This document shows, piece by piece, positions 25,792-39,106 of a stretch of DNA of 64,000 nucleotides. The notes beneath the pieces are model-generated. The model saw only the letters and a program-made list of their open reading frames with translations. It was not told the DNA's origin and did not search any database. This DNA comes from Tubiluchus corallicola. Its lineage: Eukaryota; Animalia; Priapulida. A program made the translations under genes and the position numbers. How positions within the stretch are numbered: position 1 is the first letter of the stretch; each line of letters starts with the position of its first letter. The DNA lies in contig JAQGDQ010000763.1 in assembly GCA_030141605.1 (NCBI GenBank), positions 36,459 to 100,458 on the forward strand, read 5' to 3'.

Positions 25792-26309
25792 CAGGGATGA
25801 GAGTTTTCCCCGGATACGCGGAATTCCGAGTTTTTGGAAGACCAGTAGTGCCGTTTTTGTAAATCGCGTAAATTCGTTTAGAAAGTTTTTACGGACCCAG
25901 TACATTATTTCACAAGCTGACCGCTAGTTGGCAGGCCGTCACTTTGTTTACATCACGTACATCAGTGTAACCACGTGTATATCTCTATGTATAAAAATAT
26001 AGAATCAATTGTGCGGAGTTATTTGAGTCGATTGCAGACAGTTTTTATATACTTTTGCATAGGAGCGGCCAGTACTTAGGCGTTTTTGAGACAATTAGGT
26101 ATCATGTATCCTTGATAGTTGGGTATTTTAAATTATGCATGAAACAAGGTAATTTATATTTTAAGTCCACTTAGAGGCTCTCTACGGTCACAAAACTGCA
26201 ATTTGTTGTTGGCTCCAAGGGGGCTTCCTTGAACCCCATTGGGGGCCTACGTGGCCCCAAAACCCCCCGGCCTGTTTCAGTTTTTTGCAATTTGTCATTC
26301 TCATCCCTG
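25792..26309. mobile_element. hAT-like MITE (family C)
   Basis: CAGGGATGAGA...TCTCATCCCTG with perfect 8-bp TSD ATATAGCC. Confidence 0.92.
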
Positions 26310-27254
26310 ATATAGCCGAGCAGCAGCATCCCGGTTCATGTTATTTTTGTAGTAGAAGCTGCTGAGAAGTCAAGAAGCACGTGATTGTCGTCTGCTTGAG
26401 CACGCGGCCTGTTGGGGCAGTTGCGCGTGTTGATGTTGAAGCGAATCCATGCTGTTTGCATGTTCTGCAATATCTGTGTGTGAGTTTTTTTGCAAAGTAA
26501 ATTAAAATTCCAAGCTGCTTTGCGCAAGTGTTTAATGCTAAACAAAAAGTTTGGGTTTTTTTTTCAAAGTAAATTAAAGTTCCAAGCTGTTTTGTGACGT
26601 ATCTAGTGTTAAGCAAAAATTTTGATCATCACTAGTAGAAATAAATGTGTTACTGTCTAAACATTGTTGCTTGTAGAGGAACATCTGTAAAAGTTCTTCA
26701 GTTTTATGAGAACAATATTGCACAATGTTTCACATTTCACGTCGAGATATATATGCAAGAAGTCTATTACAATCCCATTGTTGGTTGTAATTTGTTAACA
26801 GTTGTAATGCTTTTTTCAATGTTTGTCCACTTTTCCTGAATGATAAAAGACATGCAATTAAACGTGATCCGATCTAGCCACATTTGATAAAAAAATTCTT
26901 TACATGTACCATACTGCTGGAAGAGGCATTTTATTTCACGTTTTGTAAACTTTTCCACTGAGAATACTGAGATGTACGCATTTCAACCAGCATTTAGAAA
27001 CTATTTGTAGAAAACTAGTTTTATCATTTTTATGTTTGATTTTCTCATTCCCTTTTCTTTGTAAACATATTTATTTAATATCATTTTGATAATAATGTCA
27101 GATGGCTTAACCTTTAGGATCTCGTTAGTTCAATTAGTAAATCACGCAATAAAGACTAAACGAAGTTCTCTTTGCACAGGTTTTTTTCTCACTCCGAAAA
27201 TTTTCCTCGGAAATTTTGCATTTTCGAAAAGCTTTTCCATCCTCCTGTTCTGTT

Positions 27255-27415
27255 TGTATAAGTTATAATTTTATTTATTTCCACTCTGCATCTAACAGTT
27301 GTAATAAAAATACAGATAATTTCACTGAAGTAAATATAAATATAAATGCAATATTATCCAGAAATTACAAAAGAGATTCTTATGCAGCATGTACATGTGA
27401 AAATTACATTACAGA
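27255..27415 (-). mobile_element. Dispersed repeat, probable LINE 3' end
   Basis: Reverse complement of about 50875-51035; ends in AATAAA plus a short repeated tail. Confidence 0.55.
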
Positions 27416-27917
27416 ATAATTTTGATGCATACAGTTTGAGCCTAAAAGCATAGCTTGACAGGCCAAACTGTACATTGAAATCTTAAAGAACTGATTAATA
27501 ATTGAAATAATGATAATATATGCATAAAAATGTGGGGGGGGAGTAGTGAATGAAAGATGAAATGGAGCGAGAACTAAGAAAAACTGTGATCATGGTTATA
27601 ATGTGTTCAGTAACCTGTTGAGCATAGTCACGTTTTATTAAGATTACTGTGGAAAAACAATGCAGGTTATTACCATTATCAAATTGTGTTACTCTTAATA
27701 CTTTTGAAACATTTGTTTTCTGACGGTTTTTTTAAAAGTTGAAAGGGAGTGACTACATTTTGAATTTGCTAAGGAGCTACATAGTTTGTAATTGAACTCT
27801 AACGTGCTTCGTCAATTTATCATTAAACAGTTGAGTATGTGTGCACTGTCTTCATATTTAAGTTGATTAGTGCAGTTGTTTTTAATAATCTATTATTTTG
27901 AGTATTTATATCTGCAG

Positions 27918-28008
27918 ATCCGCTGTCGAACCTACAAGACTCGTTAAGACATTTACTGCCGTAGTGCGAAATGAAAAGATCTCGGGGCTGTGGAAAGGTA
28001 TTACACCT
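27918..28008 (+). CDS. SLC25A38: SLC25A38 exon 3
   Basis: SAVEPTRLVKTFTAVVRNEKISGLWKGITP; CAG/GTAAGT; phase 2 to 0. Confidence 0.92.
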
Positions 28009-28099
28009 GTAAGTATTATAACGGTAATAATAATGATAATAACAACGACAGCATAAATTTATTTGTAATATGTCTAATGATATAATCTAAAACAAAATA

Positions 28100-29898
28100 A
28101 GTTGTTTGTATAAAAATGAGTAGGTCGTACATAGCTATTAGGTAATACCACTAATTACATCCAGTGCAAATCACTGTGTGAAACTGAATTATAGTTAAAA
28201 ATCTACGTTGTTGTATAAAATGGCTATAACTATTAGCTAACACCACTGATCATATGTAATGCAAATCATACTATTGAGTGAATTATAGTTAAAAATCTAC
28301 GTTGTTGCATAAAATGGGTATAACTATTAGCTAATATCACTGATCATATGTAATGCAAATCATACTAGTGAGTGAATTATAGTTAAAAATCTACGTTGTT
28401 GCATAGAATGGGTATAACTATTAGCTAATACCACTGATCATATGTAATGCAAATCATACCTTTGAGTGAATTATACTTAAAAATTTACGTTGTTGCATAA
28501 AATGGGTATAACTATTAGCTAATACCACTGATCATATGTGATGCAAATCATACTAGTGAGTGAATTATACTTAAAAATTTATGTTGTTGCATAGAACGGG
28601 TATAACTATTAGCTAATACCACTGATTATATGTAATGCAAATCATACTAGTGAGTGAATTATACTTAAAAATTTATGTTGTTGCATAAAATGGGTATAAC
28701 TATTAGCTAACACCACTGATCATATGTAATGCAAATCATACCATTGAGTGAATTATACTTAAAAATTTACGTTGTTGCATAAAATGGGTATAACTATTAG
28801 CTAATACCACTGATCATATGTGATGCAAATCATACTAGTGAGTGAATTATACCTAAAAATCTACGTTGTTGCATAAAATGGGTATAACTATTAGCTAATA
28901 CCACTGATCATATGTAATGCAAATCATACTATTGAGTGAATTATAGTTAAAAATCTACGTTGTTGCATAAAATGGGTATAACTATTAGCTAATACCACTG
29001 ATCATATGTAATGCAAATCATACTAGTGAGTGAATTATACTTAAAAATTTACGTTGTTGCATAAAATGGGTATAAGTATTAGCTAATACCACTGATCATA
29101 TGTAATGCAAATCATACCATTGAGTGAATTATACCTAAAAATCTACGTTGTTGCATAAAATGGGTATAACTATTAGCTAATACCACTGATCATATGTAAT
29201 GCAAATCATACTATTGAGTGAATTATAGTTAAAAATCTACGTTGTTGCATAAAATGGGTATAACTATTAGCTAATACCACTGATCATATGTAATGCAAAT
29301 CATACTAGTGAGTGAATTATACTTAAAAATTTACGTTGTTGCATAAAATGGGTATAACTATTAGCTAATACCACTGATCATATGTAATGCAAATCATACT
29401 ATTGAGTGAATTATACCTAAAAATCTACGTTGTTGCATAAAATGGGTATAACTATTAGCTAATACCACTGATCATATGTAATGCAAATCATACTAGTGAG
29501 TGAATTATACTTAAAAATTTACGTTGTTGCATAAAATGGGTATAACTATTAGCTAACACCACTGATCATATGTAATGCAAATCATACTAGTGAGTGAATT
29601 ATAGTTAAAAATTTATGTTGTTGCATGAAATGGGTATAACTATTAGCTAATACCACTGATCATATGTAATGCAAATCATACTATTGAGTGAATTATAGTT
29701 AAAAATCTACGTTGTTGCATAAAATGGGTATAACTATTAGCTAATACCACTGATCATATGTAATGCAAATCATACTAGTGAGTGAATTATACTTAAAAAT
29801 TAATGTTGTTGCATAGAATGGGTATAACTATTAGCTAATACCACTGATCATATGTAATGCAAATCATACCATTGAGTGAATTATACCTAAAAATCTAC
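28100..29898. repeat. 94-bp minisatellite, about 19 copies
   Basis: Unit GAATTATA(G/C)TTAAAAATCTACGTTGTTGCATAAAATGGGTATAACTATTAGCTAATACCACTGATCATATGTAATGCAAATCATACTAGTGAGT. Confidence 0.95.
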
Positions 29899-30623
29899 AG
29901 ACGGTCATTCAAATGTCATTTACATTATAAGTACTGGCTCAGTCCACTGACTGACCAGCACTGACGCGTCAACATTTTGCACCTGAGTTGCAGGTTTTTA
30001 CCGACTGCGTAGAGTTATTTATAGTTTGAAAGTAGAAAATGATGAACGTTGTTTGATTAAACTAACGTAAAGTACCATGTGTCATTATGTATTTATTTTA
30101 TTGGGTAATCACAATTACAAATCAGACAATATACACACCAATTATAAAGATACAATTACACACATATACAGCGCTACAAAAAACCTATACCACGTTATCA
30201 AGATACAATTACACACATATACAGCGCTACAAGAAACCTATACCACATTATCAGGAACACAGTTACACAAGTCAAACTCAACAATTTAAACCAAAGACGC
30301 AACATCAAACCTTGATGTATAAACCCAATGGTACAGCATGATTATACATAAACACAATTTTAAGATAGCTATACATACACATGTAGTACTTAGTTTACAT
30401 ATACTATTATGTTATATTACATTATATAATATTATACTATATTACATATACTATATATGTTACAATTATATCAAATGTGCTGAGAATCTTGCACACTAAT
30501 TTCATGCAGATCTGATAATTGCTGTAATTTTTGCTTGCGTACATTTTACGTTTACGCCGCCCTGACAAGCCAAAGAGCCGCTACGTTTTTTTAATAATTT
30601 ACGAAAGTTTTGTTTCTTTTCAG

Positions 30624-30694
30624 TCCGTCACTAGAACTGTTCCCGGAGTCGGCATTTATTTCTGTTCTCTTCACTGGCTTAAAGCTACTCTGGA
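30624..30694 (+). CDS. SLC25A38: SLC25A38 exon 4
   Basis: SVTRTVPGVGIYFCSLHWLKATL: RxVPGVGIYF motif characteristic of SLC25A38/Hem25. Confidence 0.93.
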
Positions 30695-31095
30695 GTAAGT
30701 GTTGCGTCAGTCGCTAATTTATGTTGAATATTTCCATAACTCACATGAGATGCTGTGATAAATAAGTCGGTAGTTTCGTCTTTTCGTTTGCGTGTCATCT
30801 TGCTAGCCTGGATGCACAGTAATAATACTTTAATTCTTCTAGAATAACTTCATGAGGTTCCATTACAGAATAAGTGTCGTGGTGTCATGCAAGAACCAAT
30901 GTGGCACCAGCAGTGTACATAAGTATTTTACGGTAGTAATAGCCTAGTGTTTTAAGATAACAATAACTTGACACATGCTTTTGTCGTTATTATTAGTACG
31001 TACTGTATGTATAAATAAACAATGATTTTGCATAGTGGTTTGCCCAATCCATATGTTGCTTTAGCTATTGTACTTTGCAAAATTTTGCATTTTAG

Positions 31096-31201
31096 TAAGG
31101 AAGATCCTTCTCCTCTTGAGGCAGTTTTCCTGGGCGCAGGAGCAAGGTCGTTTTCCGGAGTAGCTATGCTTCCTTTTACCGTTATTAAGACACGATTTGA
31201 G
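31096..31201 (+). CDS. SLC25A38: SLC25A38 exon 5
   Basis: [35 protein letters not shown]. Confidence 0.93.
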
Positions 31202-32200
31202 GTATGATTTTTTCGCACCATTCCTTTATAGTTGGCATTCATTTTATGTTTTACTGTAACAGAATTTTCCATTAAGTCATTTGACATTCGTAAAGTTTTC
31301 GTTGTCACTTTTAAATAGATTTTAAATGTTTCTTTTTTGCAGTCCGTGCGTTGCTGCTGAATTTTGGTGTTTAATCGTGTTTCTTGCAGAATTGTGGTTG
31401 AATAGACGTTCTGGTTTTAAAAATGGTAACATCTTTGTGAAGATGTAATAAAATTAATGCAGATAATTATAAAAAGCTTTTGTGTCCTCATGTACAAATT
31501 GCAACAGAGGTTTAAATTTCAGCAGAGTTGTAATCTTCATACATTTGCAGTTTCTGTTTAGTGTTGCGGCGAAGTGCATCGGCCTGCACTATTCGCTGAT
31601 TGTTAGTTTGTAAAGTTTTAGTTTCGCTTTTGATAGGAGTCGCCGCCACGTTCCGGCACAAACGTCCACGGTGTAATCCACGTTAGACTCCACGTCTTTT
31701 GTGCAATGATTCTCCACGCAGTTCCGTGTAAATAGGGCAGGGTTACTGGACTTCCATTTGCAGTTCATTGGTACAACGGTTTTTCTGTTCTGTTTGCTTG
31801 AGAACTTTCGTCATCGGCATTTTGCTTTCAAACAACATTTACAGACTTTCTTGTTACGATGACCAAGCTGAGCTCAACCAAATACTGACTTACTCTTGAG
31901 AGCTTTTCTTTTCCATTCGTTACTGTAATTTTTCAATTGCAACTCCCGAGGTCGAGACGTCCATCCGTGTGCTGTTAATTTTTTTTGGGAAAGGTATGTT
32001 TAACTGCAGGTATGTCCGTTATGGCGCTGTGCTGTTTTGAATGCATGCGATGATGCAGCCCTCGTCAAGGTTTAACGCATGTCAGTAGTAACCAATGTGT
32101 CTGGCTGGAGTGAATATGTGTTTTTATACAGTGTTGCTTTGCAAATACTTGATGTAAGCCATATGACAGTAGATAAAGGTGAGATAAAATATTTGTTAAT

Positions 32201-32238
32201 CAGGGCCGGCCTTAGGTAAAAAATAAAATTCCGCAATT

Positions 32239-32293
<55 letters not shown>

Positions 32294-32296
32294 AGG

Positions 32297-32367
<71 letters not shown>

Positions 32368-32491
32368 AGGGAGGGGGAGGGGGGGCAGTATGTTCGCATA
32401 AAGCAAAAAAATGTGACCTCGGAGTGAGGCCCCCCTGGAGGGTGAGGCCCTACGCGGTTGCCTAGTTTGCCTATGCTTAAGGCCGGCCCTG
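32201..32491. mobile_element. MITE with internal (GA)n
   Basis: TIR CAGGGCCGGCCTTA...TAAGGCCGGCCCTG; no clean TSD. Confidence 0.75.
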
Positions 32492-32696
32492 AATTTTGTT
32501 TACACGGGCAAACTAAAAAAGTAGTTTCAAAAATAGTAAAAAAATATAAAGTTGTTTACATTTGAAAATCTACTTATATTTTGCTGCTGTTATAGTTAAC
32601 TAAAGTTTTGCCAGTGACAAACATTAGGAGAATATATACTTTGTTTCTTTAGACGTTAGATGCAGTCTTACCATACAACAATTACACGATCATAGA

Positions 32697-32910
32697 GTCA
32701 TAAGTAAGTCATTTATTTCACATTACACATTTACAATAGTTTCATGTACAATATCTAGTGAAAGGGCCTACAATGAAATACTGCACAGGAAAAGCCTCAA
32801 ACACTGTTCACTTATACACGAAGGTAAATGTGTTGCGGGCAATCAGAAAGCAGGGCTTGTTAGATTGTCCCACACAGTGAAAGAAAAAAAAGTAATGGAA
32901 ATAATCTGAA
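32697..32910 (-). mobile_element. LINE 3'-end fragment
   Basis: Near-identical to 55600-55830; minus strand ends AAATAAATGACTTA. Confidence 0.6.
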
Positions 32911-33880
32911 AATTTTTGGTATTAATAATCTGAACAGCATAGTGCGTACGTGGTTAGAATGTACGGTGTATGGGTGGTTTAACAGTAACGGTGCATCTGC
33001 GTACACGGAAGTCGGTTACTAAACACGGTTACTGCACAAACCTTGACCACTATTTGAACAAAATCCCATCTCATATTCTGTTTAATGGCCGTGCAGAAAG
33101 GGCCACAATCCATAATCTTTAGCAGCACATAGAATTTGACTTAAACTGTAGTATATTACGGAAAGACGCGATTTCATCATTTAAATTCAAACAGCTTGTT
33201 TGCAATGAATTTTTTTTTTAAAGGTTTCGAAATTTAGCGAAATTCTTCCGGTGCTATTGATCCTGTTTTCAATTGCCGTTAAATTACTCTATAACGATTC
33301 TAAATATTAGTAAATTGCTAACCGTAAGTATGATGGGATATAAAAATCTGGTCATAGTCAGTTGATTTCTTAAAAAAATCAACATCAGATTGTACCGATA
33401 CTGTAAAATCATCCGTATACCGTGCAGATTCACGTTATAACAGGCAGAATTTGAGCAGAATTTGTTTTTGAGCAGCATTGTTCTTATTTGTTATTTTGCG
33501 TGCGTACAATTGTATACCTTTGAAGTGCAGTTACTCGTTTATTCTTGTAACTACAAATTCTTCGATTTTTATATACTAATAAAAAATTTGCACTTTTTGG
33601 CTGTTTGTGTTTTATTTGTCTTTTGACAGATGTGATGTTTTCAATTTGATGTAACTTTCGTCAGCCAAATAGACTGTAAATCTGAACACATGAAAAGCAA
33701 ATTGTTAAATGAATATGACGAGTTACTAGTCGGCTAACGATTATAAAAAATGGCTTCTGTACAAAATGCTTCTGTACAAAGAACGGTGAACATTTATCAA
33801 ACATCAGTAGATATAATTTTTGTGATTTGTACGCGTGCTCTATCTGAGAGGCCTTTCTGTAGTCGTATCTATATTCTGTG

Positions 33881-34174
33881 AAATAGAATTTTACTGCCAA
33901 CCGATTTCGAACAATCACCGTTCATTTTCAAAACATCCCGACAACGAAAAACACGTTGAAACGGCTTAGAAGTAAAAATTCAGTAGACAGTAGACAAATG
34001 TTGTTTGATATATACATTAGTACAAAACTGTTTTAGCCTTCCACAAACATAAATGTCAGTTTCAGATTCGGGGAGCCGCCATTTTGTCACTGAACTCTCC
34101 GAAACTTTGTTTTTCATACGTCTCGAAAATGAACGGTAATTGTTCGAAACCATTCAGCAATAAAATTCCATTTT
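33881..34174. mobile_element. MITE with about 50-bp imperfect TIRs
   Basis: TTTCGAACAATCACCGTTCATTTTC at 33905 vs GAAAATGAACGGTAATTGTTCGAAA at 34125. Confidence 0.7.
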
Positions 34175-34297
34175 GAAGAAGTCGTACTTATTTTCCAAAA
34201 TTGTATCTATATTGTTGTACATAATTCCGTTGACTTGCATTTCATTTTGCTGTGTTTGGTTTCTTTTTTCTAAGCCACGTTGTTGTTTTTGTTTCAG

Positions 34298-34367
34298 AGC
34301 AAGCAGTACAACTATTCTGGGATGATTCATGCAGTTAGAGTCATTTACAGTAATGAAGGCATTCATG
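34298..34367 (+). CDS. SLC25A38: SLC25A38 exon 6
   Basis: SKQYNYSGMIHAVRVIYSNEGIH(G); phase 0 to 1. Confidence 0.92.
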
Positions 34368-34474
34368 GTAATTATTTAATGGCTAAACGTTTAGAAATTT
34401 TTTTGTACCCATACTGCTTACTTGAACATTTGTGTCATGTTGACGTTGTATGGAGTCAATATTACATAAATTTG

Positions 34475-35103
34475 TTTTTCGATACGCAGTTTCATTTAGT
34501 GACTCGATGATCTTACTAGCTGTTTTTTGATGTACAGTTTCATTTAGTGACTCGATGATCTTACTAGCTGTTTTTCGATACACAGTTTCATTTAGTGACT
34601 CGATGATCTTACTAGCTGTTTTTCGATACACAGTTTCATTTAGTGACTCGATGATCTTACTAGCTGTTTTTCGATACACAGTTTCATTTAGTGACTCGAT
34701 GATCTTACTAGCTGTTTTTCGATGTACAGTTTCTTTTAGTGACTTGATGATCTTACTAGCTGTTTTTCAATACACTGTTTCATTTAGTGACTCGACGATC
34801 TTACTAGCTGTTTTTCGATGTACGGTTTCATTTAGTGACTTACTAGCTGTTTTTCGATACACGGTTTCATTTAGTGACTCGACGATCTTACTAGCTGTTT
34901 TTCGATACACAGTTTCATTTAGTGACTCCATGATCTTACTAGCTGTTTTTCGATACACAGTTTCATTTAGTGACTCAATGATCTTACTAGCTGTTTTTCG
35001 ATACACAGTTTCATTTAGTGACTCCATGATCTTACTAGCTGTTTTTCGATACACAGTTTCATTTAGTGACTCGATGATCTTACTAGCTGTTTTTCGATGT
35101 ACA
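34475..35103. repeat. 48-bp minisatellite, about 13 copies
   Basis: Unit GATACACAGTTTCATTTAGTGACTCGATGATCTTACTAGCTGTTTTTC. Confidence 0.95.
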
Positions 35104-35149
35104 CAGTTGTATATTTGTCTGCTTTTATACGTTTCCTTTGACTTTGCAG

Positions 35150-35248
35150 GCCTGTACAGCGGTCTTCTTGCAACGTTGCTTCGTGACGCTCCTTTCTCCG
35201 GTCTTTATCTCATGTTTTATACGAAATCAAAAAAGCTTGTTCCAGCTC
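35150..35248 (+). CDS. SLC25A38: SLC25A38 exon 7 (copy 1)
   Basis: [23 protein letters not shown]: RDAPFSG motif characteristic of SLC25A38. Confidence 0.93.
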
Positions 35249-35353
35249 GTAAGTAATCACACGAGTTTCATTGCGCTTTTGTGTTTAGTTATTTACTAGT
35301 TACCGATATGACATTTCTGTCTGTTACATTCCTGTCTATAGTCTGTTATTGTG

Positions 35354-35813
35354 NNNNNNNNNNNNNNNNNNNNNNNNNNNNNNNNNNNNNNNNNNNNNNN
35401 NNNNNNNNNNNNNNNNNNNNNNNNNNNNNNNNNNNNNNNNNNNNNNNNNNNNNNNNNNNNNNNNNNNNNNNNNNNNNNNNNNNNNNNNNNNNNNNNNNNN
35501 NNNNNNNNNNNNNNNNNNNNNNNNNNNNNNNNNNNNNNNNNNNNNNNNNNNNNNNNNNNNNNNNNNNNNNNNNNNNNNNNNNNNNNNNNNNNNNNNNNNN
35601 NNNNNNNNNNNNNNNNNNNNNNNNNNNNNNNNNNNNNNNNNNNNNNNNNNNNNNNNNNNNNNNNNNNNNNNNNNNNNNNNNNNNNNNNNNNNNNNNNNNN
35701 NNNNNNNNNNNNNNNNNNNNNNNNNNNNNNNNNNNNNNNNNNNNNNNNNNNNNNNNNNNNNNNNNNNNNNNNNNNNNNNNNNNNNNNNNNNNNNNNNNNN
35801 NNNNNNNNNNNNN
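35354..35813. other. Assembly gap (N run)
   Basis: 460 N. Confidence 1.
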
Positions 35814-35908
35814 TCGAAAGTTCGATGCTCACCCCGAGCTTCAGAATTAAATTTTTTATACACAGTTGTATATTTGTCTGCTTTTATACGTTTCCTTTGA
35901 ATTTGCAG

Positions 35909-36007
35909 GCCTGTACAGCGGTCTTCTTGCAACGTTGCTTCGTGACGCTCCTTTTTCCGGTCTTTATCTCATGTTTTATACGAAATCAAAAAAGCTTGTT
36001 CCAGCTC
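35909..36007 (+). CDS. SLC25A38: SLC25A38 exon 7 duplicate (probably the other haplotype)
   Basis: Identical to 35150-35248 except one synonymous TTC/TTT change; lies directly across the gap. Confidence 0.55.
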
Positions 36008-36097
36008 GTAAGTAATCACACGTAGTTTCATTGCGTTTTTGTGTTTTAGTTATTTACTAGTTACCGATATGACATTTCTGTCTGTTACATTCCTGTC

Positions 36098-36743
36098 TAT
36101 AGTCTGTTATTGTGTGTATAGTCTGTTATAGTGTGTATATAGTCTGTTATAGTGTGTATATAGTCTGTTATAGTGTGTATATAGTCTGTTATAGCGTGTA
36201 TATAGTCTGTTATAGCGTGTATATAGTCTGTTATAGTGTGTATATAGTCTGTTCTAGTGTGTATATAGTCTGTTATGGTGTGTATATAGTCTGTTATAGT
36301 GTGTATATAGTCTGTTATAGTGTGTATATAGTCTGTTATAGTGTGTATATAGTCTGTTCTAGTGTGTATGTAGTCTGTTATAGTGTGTATATAGTCTGTT
36401 ATAGTGTGTACATAGTCTGTTATAGTGTGTATATAGTCTGTTATAGTGTGTATATAGTCTGTTATGGTGTGTATATAGTCTGTTATGGCGTGTATATAGT
36501 CTGTTATAGCGTGTATATAGTCTGTTATAGCGTGTATATAGTCTGTTATAGCGTGTGTATAGTCTGTTATAGCGTGTGTATAGTCTGTTATAGCGTAGTG
36601 TGTATATAGTCTGTTATAGTGTGTATATAGTCTGTTATAGCGTGTATATAGTCTGTTATAGCGTGTATATAGTCTGTTATAGCGTGTATATAGTCTGTTA
36701 TAGCGTGTATATAGTCTGTTATAGCATGTATATAGTCTGTTAT
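36098..36743. repeat. 21-bp minisatellite, about 30 copies
   Basis: Unit TATAGTCTGTTATAG(T/C)GTGTA. Confidence 0.95.
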
Positions 36744-36788
36744 ATGGCCGGTCAGAAAAAATTTGTTTCTGTCTTAGCTCATGAGACA

Positions 36789-37300
36789 AATGTTTTGAAT
36801 TTTTTCACACCGGTTAGCAGTAATGTTTTGAATTATTTCACACCGGTTAGCAGTAATGTTTTGAATTATTTCACATTGGTTAGCAGTAATGTTTTGAATT
36901 ATTTCACACTGGTTAGCAGTAATGTTTTGAATTATTTCACACTGGTTAGCAGTAATGTTTTGAATTATTTCACATTGGTTAGCAGTAATGTTTTGAATTA
37001 TTTCACACCGGTTAGCAGTAATGTTTTGAATTTTTTCACACCGGTTAGCAGTAATGTTTTGAATTATTTCGCACCGGTTAGCAGTAATGTTTTGAATTTT
37101 TTCGCACCGGTTAGCAGTAATGTTTTGAATTATTTCGCACCGGTTAGCAGTAATGTTTTGAATTATTTTGCACCGGTTAGCAGTAATGTTTTGAATTATT
37201 TCGCACCGGTTAGCAGTAATGTTTTGAATTATTTCGCACCGGTTAGCAGTAATGTTTTGAATTATTTCGCACCGGTTAGCAGTAATGTTTTGAATTTTTT
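36789..37300. repeat. 33-bp minisatellite, about 15 copies
   Basis: Unit AATGTTTTGAATTATTTCACACCGGTTAGCAGT. Confidence 0.95.
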
Positions 37301-37814
37301 CAATGCACATTTTCCATGCTTTGTTTTTCGTTTTCGCTTTACTAAATAATCGTGTAATTATCGAATATCGTATAGCTGCTTTTTTGTATCATAAACGTAT
37401 GTTGTGATATTATAGTATAAGCGACAATACTGCTCTGCCGTTTATACAGCGAATTGGTGGAAAATTTGATAACTTTTTAGCCTCCAATACATTGAGCGAA
37501 ACGGCAACCCTGGCCAAGTGTTAGCCGCGGAAAAACGTGGCCGCGTTGTGTGTCCCCGAAAGAACGATGTTATAATTATTGTGCTTTACATCTTAAATTA
37601 AAAAGTATGCTTTTATATAACTGTGTCAAGTAAGTATATGAACGTACAAAAAAAATTATAAAATTTCCCGGCCAGGTGCACGATAAAAAAATATTTCCCG
37701 GGCGATTAGACGGAAACAGAAGTATTTTTATTGTCGACCTATTCCTGTTACTGCTTTCAGGACTGTATTTCCACTGTTGTCCTTGAAATAAACGGTGATT
37801 GGATAATGTTATAA

Positions 37815-38845
37815 AGGTGCATTCAGACTAGCAAGTTTTCTGTGACAGCAAACTCGAAAGTGCTTGAACTGCTTTGCGAGTTACCGTCGGCAAGAATTTG
37901 CAAACTCTCTGACAGTTGCCACGATTTGATTTCCTACGAGTTACTGTGTTGTGTGAACGCCTCGGCGAGAGTTACTTTCGACACTTCTCATATTGAATAG
38001 AGAAGAGAGTGTCAGCTCACACTTACTGTCTGCGAGTTACTGTCTTGTGTGAACGCCTCGGCGAGAGTTACTTTCGACACTTCTCATATTGAATAGAGGA
38101 GAGAGTGTCAGCTCACACTTACTGTGTACGAGTTACTGTCTTGTGTGAAAGCCTCTGCGAGAGTTACTTTCGACACTTCTCATATTGAATAGAGGAGAGA
38201 GTGTCAGCTCACACTTACTGTCTACGAGTTACTGTCTTGTGTGAACGCCTCTGCGAGAGTTACTTTCGACACTTCTCATATTGAATAGAGGAGAGAGTGT
38301 CAGCTCACACTTACTGTGTACGAGTTACTGTCTTGTGTGAACACCTCTGCGAGAGTTACTTTCGACACTTCTCATATTGAATAGAGAAGAGAGTGTCAGC
38401 TCACACTTACTGTCTGCGAGTTACTGTCTTGTTTGAACGCCTCGGCGAGAGTTACTTTCGACACTTCTCATATTGAATAGAGGAGAGAGTGTCAGCTCAC
38501 ACTTACTGTGTACGAGTTACTGTCTTGTGTGAACGCCTCGGCGAGAGTTACTTTCGACACTTCTCATATTGAATAGAGGAGAGAGTGTCAGCTCACACTT
38601 ACTGTCTACGAGTTACTGTCTTGTGTGAACGCCTCTGCGAGAGTTACTTTCGACACTTCTCATATTGAATAGAGGAGAGAGTGTCAGCTCACACTTACTG
38701 TGTACGAGTTACTGTCTTGTGTGAAAGCCTCTGCGAGAGTTTCTTTCGACACTTCTCATATTGAACAGAGGAGAGAGTGTCAGCTCACACTTACTGTCTA
38801 CGAGTTACTGTCTTGTGTGAACACCTCTGCGAGAGTTACTGTCTA
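37815..38845. repeat. Harbinger-like MITE end with an amplified 96-bp internal repeat (about 9.5 copies from 37938)
   Basis: Starts TAAAGGTGCATTCAGACTAG; unit GAGTTACTGTCTTGTGTGAACGCC...CACACTTACTGTCTAC. Confidence 0.9.
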
Positions 38846-38939
38846 CTCATTGAAATCTGCCTGTAAAAACTACCATAAGGAAAGATCTATGTTACCAATA
38901 ACATTTTATGTTAATAAATTATTGTGAAATTCATTTTAG

Positions 38940-39106
38940 GTGTTATGGAAAGTGATTATGTGCCTGCTGTTCATTTTACGTGCGGCTTGTTTGCGGGAAT
39001 GCTGGCTTCCATGGCAACGCAGCCGGCCGATGTGATCAAGACGAAGATGCAGCTGTTTCCGAACCGTTTCCGTAACGTCTTTGACGTGATCGTCTACGTG
39101 AACAAG
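38940..39106 (+). CDS. SLC25A38: SLC25A38 exon 8
   Basis: [28 protein letters not shown]: third carrier signature. Confidence 0.94.

Noticed and set aside
34383-37349. Long repetitive ORFs (233, 230, 249 aa and others)
   Set aside because: They arise from minisatellite units that are multiples of 3 (48, 21, 33 bp) or from translation through the N gap; only the embedded exon 7 is coding.
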